Origin: an uncultured delta proteobacterium
GTDB lineage: Bacteria > Desulfobacterota > Binatia > UBA9968
Assembly: GCA_963737905.1 (NCBI GenBank)
Contig: CAVTUQ010000021.1
Coordinates: 29,852 to 93,851 of the forward strand
Length of the DNA: 64,000 bases
Reading direction: 5' to 3'
The notes beneath the pieces are model-generated. The model was not told the DNA's origin. It worked only from the letters and a program-made list of their open reading frames with translations, and made no database searches. This document shows positions 58,867 through 64,000 of the stretch, piece after piece. Within the stretch, counting starts at the first letter, position 1, and each line of letters begins with the position of its first letter. A program made the translations under genes and the position numbers.

Positions 58867-59892
58867 ATGATCGACATGCATGCCCATTGGAGACCTGCCG
58901 AGCTGATCGACGCCCTGCGCGCCCGCACCAAGGAACCGCGCATCCTGCGCAACCAGGACGGCGTAGAAGTGCTGAAGAGCCGGATCGGCGAGGAGCCGGT
59001 GTCCAAGGCGTTCGATGACGTGGAGTTCCATCTCTCAAGAATGGCTCGCCAGGACGTAAGCACCAGCGTGTTGTCGCTGCTCGGCGCGTTCTGCTGGGTC
59101 GAGTCACAGCCGGTCGAGGTTTCGCTGCCGCTGTGCAGGATGGTCAACGACGCCTTGTCGGGGATTTGCCAGAAACACCAGAACCGGTTCCGTGTATTTG
59201 CCGCGCTGCCGCTCGTGGATATGGCTGCTGCCGCCGCCGAGTTCGAGCGCGCGCTGGCGCTGCCGGGCATGGTCGGCGCGCAAGTGCCGGGAAACGGGTT
59301 TCTCACGAAGAAAGACGCCGAGGCCATGCGCCCGCTTTTGGAGGTGGCGAACCGGCACCGTGCGATCGTGTTCATTCACCACGGTCCGCGGCCGGGCGAC
59401 ACGTTTCCCAAAGTATCCGGTGACACCGACAACGCCCGCCGCCGCAACGGCACGCTCGACATGCAGGCGAGCTTGTCCTCGGTGATGGTGACGCTGTGCC
59501 TCACCGACTACCTCGAGCCGTATTCCGATGCAACGGTTTTGGTTCACAATCTCGGCGGCAATATCCCGTACGAGATCGAGCGCATGGATCACCGCTCCCT
59601 ACTGGATTCAGCGAAAGAGGAACTGCCGTCGTCACGCATCCGCCGCGCCAAGGTGTACGTGGATTGCAACTCATTCGGCGCGCGCGCGATCGAGGCCGCC
59701 GTGCGTTTATACGGCGCCGAGCGCATCGTGTGCGGCACCGACGGAACCGAATTCGGCTGCGAGTGGACGAGCAAGGCGCTTGCAGAGGCAGAGATCGGCG
59801 AGGATGCGCGCGCGCAGATCTTGCACCGCAATGCCACGGCGATGATGTCGCGGCTCGCAAAGGCCGCGCAGCGCGAAACAGCCGCCGCGTAA
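58867..59892 (+). CDS. Amidohydrolase_2 family protein
   Basis: IDMHAH, FIH, HNLGG and GTD motifs; AAGGAG RBS. Confidence 0.9.
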   Translation: MIDMHAHWRPAELIDALRARTKEPRILRNQDGVEVLKSRIGEEPVSKAFDDVEFHLSRMARQDVSTSVLSLLGAFCWVESQPVEVSLPLCRMVNDALSGICQKHQNRFRVFAALPLVDMAAAAAEFERALALPGMVGAQVPGNGFLTKKDAEAMRPLLEVANRHRAIVFIHHGPRPGDTFPKVSGDTDNARRRNGTLDMQASLSSVMVTLCLTDYLEPYSDATVLVHNLGGNIPYEIERMDHRSLLDSAKEELPSSRIRRAKVYVDCNSFGARAIEAAVRLYGAERIVCGTDGTEFGCEWTSKALAEAEIGEDARAQILHRNATAMMSRLAKAAQRETAAA

Positions 59893-59941
59893 TCTCCGCG
59901 CAACCCAAAAGGCCGCCGTCAAACTATCGGACGACGGCAAT

Positions 59942-60919
59942 TCATGATCGTGGAAGCGCTCTCTCCAACGGCCCGTTATCGCGGAACAGCTCCGGATGGC
60001 CAATGAATTCTTTGGGCACCGACCGCTGAAGCGCCAGATCTTTAAGGATGTTTTCGATACCCTTGTCCGGCACGTAGGGCACGGGCTTGAACAGGCGGAC
60101 GAAGGCTTCCAGGGATTTGGTTAGATTGGGAGATTCCTTTTCCTTAAGCCATTTGATCACAGTTCGTTCAGCGAGTCTTTGATCTTTCTTGATCAGCTGG
60201 ATGGCGTTCACATAGGCGTTCAGGAATGCGTTGACCGTTTTAGGTTCGGCTTTGACGAATGCGCGAGTGCTCGTCACGCAGGATGAAGGATAGACAAGAT
60301 CGGACTTGGTCAAATCGACGAACACCGGCCAGCCACGCTGCATAAACGGCAGGACGTCCTTTATAGTCAACGCGGCCGCAGCGATTCTTCCACCTTCTAG
60401 CGCAGCGGTGATCTCCGCGCTGCCGCCCAACTGAAGGAGCGTCATCTCTTTATCGGAATCCACCTCGACCATTCTCAAGGACGAGCGCAGATAGAAATGG
60501 ATCGACGAGTTAAGACGCGTAACTCCGGCCGCTTTGCCTTTGAGCTGAGATGGAGATTTGATCTCGGGACGCGCGATGAGATACACGGGTTCCAGATCGG
60601 CGGGGCACGCGAGCAACACGATGTCGCCACCCTCGACACGGGCGGCGACCACCGATCCTGCACCGACACCGGATAGCACCGCTTGACCGCTCATGATGGT
60701 CATCGTGCTGAGTGCGCCGCCGCGAATCTGCACCGGTTCGATGTTTAAGCCGTTTTTGGCGAACAGCCCGGTGTCCTTGCCGACCCACACCGGGAGATGT
60801 GAGAGGGAGGTCGAGACGCCGTAGAGGATGCGGCGAAGCTCCTGGGCGTATACCGGCGTCTTGGCCAGCAGTGCCACGAAAAAAAAGATTGCGATTGATA
60901 ATATTTTATACTGAACCAC
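59942..60919 (-). CDS. TauA/SsuA/NMT1-family substrate-binding protein (dispersed paralog 4)
   Basis: QELRRILYG ... PELFRDNGPLE, close to the 25-28 kb trio; GTG start at 60919. Confidence 0.9.
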   Translation of the reverse strand: MVQYKILSIAIFFFVALLAKTPVYAQELRRILYGVSTSLSHLPVWVGKDTGLFAKNGLNIEPVQIRGGALSTMTIMSGQAVLSGVGAGSVVAARVEGGDIVLLACPADLEPVYLIARPEIKSPSQLKGKAAGVTRLNSSIHFYLRSSLRMVEVDSDKEMTLLQLGGSAEITAALEGGRIAAAALTIKDVLPFMQRGWPVFVDLTKSDLVYPSSCVTSTRAFVKAEPKTVNAFLNAYVNAIQLIKKDQRLAERTVIKWLKEKESPNLTKSLEAFVRLFKPVPYVPDKGIENILKDLALQRSVPKEFIGHPELFRDNGPLERALPRS

Positions 60920-60934
60920 GGCTTTACCTCTCAC

Positions 60935-60974
60935 CTTATGGCAGATGGCTAATAGCATGTAGCGTATGGCATAT
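60935..60974. repeat. Single heptamer arm
   Basis: CTTATGG CAGATGG CTAATAG CATGTAG CGTATGG, same family as 24885-25029. Confidence 0.75.
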
Positions 60975-61229
60975 CCCAATCGATCCGGTTCCCGCTTCAC
61001 CGGTCTGGACTTGTTTCGTTTCCGGAACACCCGCGCTCTCCACGTGTAAAGACATAACGCCTCCGTAGGTTTACATAAAAATGTCCGTTTCTGTCTACGC
61101 CAAGCACGTGGAGTCGTCAAGTGCGCGGGCTTTCATTATGGCTCTCTCTGTTGTAGTGACGCGTCCATGGGTCTGATCGTGATAATGTGTCGCTAATGCT
61201 TGCCAAGAAAAGATACAAGGAGGGAGCCG

Positions 61230-62300
61230 ATGAAGTCGAGTTCCACGTCCGTGATCATTGCAGCACTTGCCGCCATGATCTCCGCTAGTCCCGCGCAGGC
61301 CGGAGGCCTGAAACAGGTCGCAGAAATATCAATTCCCGGTGATCCGATCACCGACATCGGCATTATGGCCATCGACCAAACGACGGGCCTTGGTTATCTC
61401 GCCGACAAGACCAACAAATCCGTTGTCGTCTTCCATACTAAGACCGACAAATTCGTCTCTCGGATACCGGGCTTCGTCGGACGGTTGAAGGATGGCGATG
61501 CCTCGGGACCGAATGGTGTTGTGGTCGTCAAGGGCGGCGCCGAAGTATGGGTGAGCGACGGCGACAGCACGATCAAGGTGATCGATACCAAGACCGGCCA
61601 GATCACGGGGACGGTCGCCACCGGCGGAACCAAGCGCGCCAACGGGATGGCCTTGGGCGAAGGCATCGGCGTCGTCATCGTCGCCAATTCGAACGACGAT
61701 CCGCCGTTCCTCAGCTTCATCTCGACTGCGCCCGATCACAAAATCCTGGCGAAGATCCCTATTCCGGAATCCGGCGAGAACCTGGAGCGTTCCGCGTATC
61801 ACGCGCCAAGCGGCATGTTCTACACAGCCATCCCGGTATCGCGCGCGGACACCACCAAGGGATTGTTGGCGCAGACCGATCCCAAAAACGGCAAGCTCGT
61901 GAAACTGCACGAACTCGGGTGTCATCCGCATAGTCTCTCCATCGTCTCGGACTCGACCATTTTCCTGGGTTGCAGCAGTGTCCACGGCCCGGCTCCCAAG
62001 CCCGGCGGTGACATGGCGATTTTCGATATCGCGGCCGGCAAGGTGGAAACCTATCTCACCGGATACGGCGGCAACGGCGGCTCGACGGTGAATCGCAAAC
62101 TGGGCCAGTACTACCATTCCACCTCAGGTGGAACCTTGATGGTGGTCGACACCAAGACCAAAAAGGGCCTGCAGCAGATACCCACGTCGAATGGCGCGCG
62201 CTCGCTCGGGGTGAGTCTCGCCAACAATCGCGTCTATGTGGCCACGACAGCGAAGGAGTTGGCCTGCCGTGGATGCATCGTGGTGTATGCACCGGAGTAA
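61230..62300 (+). CDS. Secreted YncE-like beta-propeller protein
   Basis: Signal ending AQA; repeated blades (GPNGV, WVSDGDS..KVID, VVD.KT). Confidence 0.8.
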   Translation: MKSSSTSVIIAALAAMISASPAQAGGLKQVAEISIPGDPITDIGIMAIDQTTGLGYLADKTNKSVVVFHTKTDKFVSRIPGFVGRLKDGDASGPNGVVVVKGGAEVWVSDGDSTIKVIDTKTGQITGTVATGGTKRANGMALGEGIGVVIVANSNDDPPFLSFISTAPDHKILAKIPIPESGENLERSAYHAPSGMFYTAIPVSRADTTKGLLAQTDPKNGKLVKLHELGCHPHSLSIVSDSTIFLGCSSVHGPAPKPGGDMAIFDIAAGKVETYLTGYGGNGGSTVNRKLGQYYHSTSGGTLMVVDTKTKKGLQQIPTSNGARSLGVSLANNRVYVATTAKELACRGCIVVYAPE

Positions 62301-62581
62301 GGATTTGAGGTGCGCGGGTTACGCGGAGTCATTTGCCCCCTGAGACATCAACGTTTTTCGTTGTTGATTCCCGCGCGCAATGACGTGGTAAAAAGGAGAC
62401 CGAACGTAAAGACTCTGGGGACGGCGGTCCATGGCGAGAGCGGTATCAAACCGCTTATTACCTCAAGATTGTAGTGATTGTGATTGTGTGTCTGACCCAT
62501 TTCCGACCCCGAAAGCGGAAATTCTATTGATGACACCCTGAGTCATCTTATTCGTCCTGATCGGAAAGTTGAGATAAGTTG

Positions 62582-63589
62582 CTAACGCGTTCGACGCAAC
62601 GCGGCGACCCATTGAGGTTGGGTGACGCTCCACATGCCTTTACGGGGGCCGTCGTCTTCGATGCGCAGGTCCACGGCTTCGGGGCTGTGACGCAGCAGTG
62701 CGGCGGCGATCTCGAACTTTTCGAGGCCTTCGACGCTGGCGAGGAGTGCGATCGAGGATAGCGCGATCAGATCGGCGAGAGTGTGTCCGTAGAGTCGGCT
62801 CGGCTGGCGCCGGACGTCGATTTCCACCGGAGTTCCCGCGGCACCAAGCACTTCGGTAATCGCGCCGCCGCCCTCCGCGGGCAGTCCCAGCAAGCGGCGG
62901 CGCTCGGCGATGACCGAGAGATGCCGCGCGTTGTCGCCCGTGTCGCCGCCGTGTTCGATAAAAATTTTCAGCGCGAGGCCGGTATAGCCGACGGTTTCGT
63001 CGGTGACGACGATGAACAGCACACCGCCGGGCTTCAAGAAGCGCACCATCCTTGTGACGCTGGCGGGAAGGTCGTTGACGAAATAGATCATGTGCAGGGC
63101 GAGGCCGAGGTCGATGCTGCCATCTGGCGGCAGTTTTTCCCCCGAGCGAGCGGCCGCTGCGTCGATCTCATCGAATGCCGCCGCCAGCGCCATGCCGGGC
63201 CGCAAATCCGTTTTTGTTTTTAGAAATGCGAGATAGTTTGCGAGGTATTCGGGATTGGGCTCCTCGATCGAGACCCGGGTGCCCCGCGGCACCGAATCGG
63301 CGACCAGGGCGAAGGTTTGACCGTCGCCCGCTCCGAAGTCGAAGATGTGACCGTCCCTCGGCACCGACGTTTCTATGGCACGGCGAAGCTCCGGCGCGAA
63401 CATGTCGCGCTGATTGGTGCCCATCATCAGCACCCGCCCAAGCGGATCGGGCTTCAGCAGCCGCGCGAAGGCGTTGCGGTACTGGCGGTGCAGGTCGAGC
63501 CCGTCAAATTCGTTGCGCGCGAGTTCGAGCGCCTCGTCGAATTGAGGCGCGAGGCTCTCTGCTCTGTTCCGGTCAATCTGAATCGGCAT
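62582..63589 (-). CDS. Class I SAM-dependent methyltransferase
   Basis: FDFGAGDG, EPN, HMIYFV and LKPGG motifs. Confidence 0.85.
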   Translation of the reverse strand: MPIQIDRNRAESLAPQFDEALELARNEFDGLDLHRQYRNAFARLLKPDPLGRVLMMGTNQRDMFAPELRRAIETSVPRDGHIFDFGAGDGQTFALVADSVPRGTRVSIEEPNPEYLANYLAFLKTKTDLRPGMALAAAFDEIDAAAARSGEKLPPDGSIDLGLALHMIYFVNDLPASVTRMVRFLKPGGVLFIVVTDETVGYTGLALKIFIEHGGDTGDNARHLSVIAERRRLLGLPAEGGGAITEVLGAAGTPVEIDVRRQPSRLYGHTLADLIALSSIALLASVEGLEKFEIAAALLRHSPEAVDLRIEDDGPRKGMWSVTQPQWVAALRRTR

Positions 63590-63872
63590 CGAACTATTAA
63601 AGAGACTAGACTACTTTTCCATCCGGTGATCCAGCAGGCTTTTGCCTCATGGTTTTTCCGGACTCAGCGCGTCGCCGCAAGTCTCTCCCTCCATTCGGCC
63701 TGCTTGTGCACCGTCCCTTTAAATCTCAAACCTGGGCATTGGCGTCAAGTGTTGTATTTTGACATCCCGGATTTTCGTCGGTCTCACCACGTTTCAAGGT
63801 TAAACACGCAACGAGAGATTGGTCGCGTTAACTATAATTTAAAACGCTAGCCTGCACAGAAGTGTCTCTGTG

Positions 63873-63990
63873 CGGGGTCGGACCACGCTATGCTCGACTC
63901 AATGTACACGAGACAATGATGAAGGTGCTCGTCGGTTTCAATAGCGGTGGCATGCCGAAGCGCTTTTTGGCTTCGAATACCCATTCATCA
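63873..63990 (-). pseudogene. Internally deleted RAYT/IS200-like (Y1) transposase remnant
   Basis: WVFEAKKRFG joined directly, in another frame, to HATAIETDEHLHHCLVYI. Confidence 0.6.
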
Positions 63991-64000
63991 CGTTCGCTGA

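Overview
A gene-dense bacterial chromosomal window. The many TauA/NMT1-type substrate-binding proteins (SBPs), amidohydrolases, VOC and UbiD genes and the repeat types suggest a Candidatus Binatia / deltaproteobacterial-like organism (inference only). No rRNA, tRNA or CRISPR array was seen. 0-14 kb: envelope genes (HdeD, glycine-zipper lipoprotein, Rap1a-like, DUF4105, EipA-like, AsmA-like, methyltransferase, InaA-like kinase) beside a CHASE-PAS kinase / NarL regulator pair, with a shared promoter motif. About 14 kb: a UxxC peroxiredoxin-like probable selenoprotein that the ORF track truncates. 15-41 kb: a catabolic and uptake region (UbiD, PqqC/CADD-like oxidase, hydroxycinnamoyl-CoA hydratase-lyase homolog, atypical racemases, 4 MFS). 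The window holds 10 SBPs but no ABC permease or ATPase. Spacers are filled with palindromic 7-, 8- and 9-mer tandem-repeat elements. 41-55 kb: a plastic region with a TIR-WD40 gene, pseudogenes, a duplicated exported methyltransferase module, an in-frame MITE in a Sel1 signal peptide, and a toxin-antitoxin plus sigma-like islet between 81-bp direct repeats. Several single-base frameshifts look like sequencing errors. All calls come from motif recognition by eye; no database searches were run.
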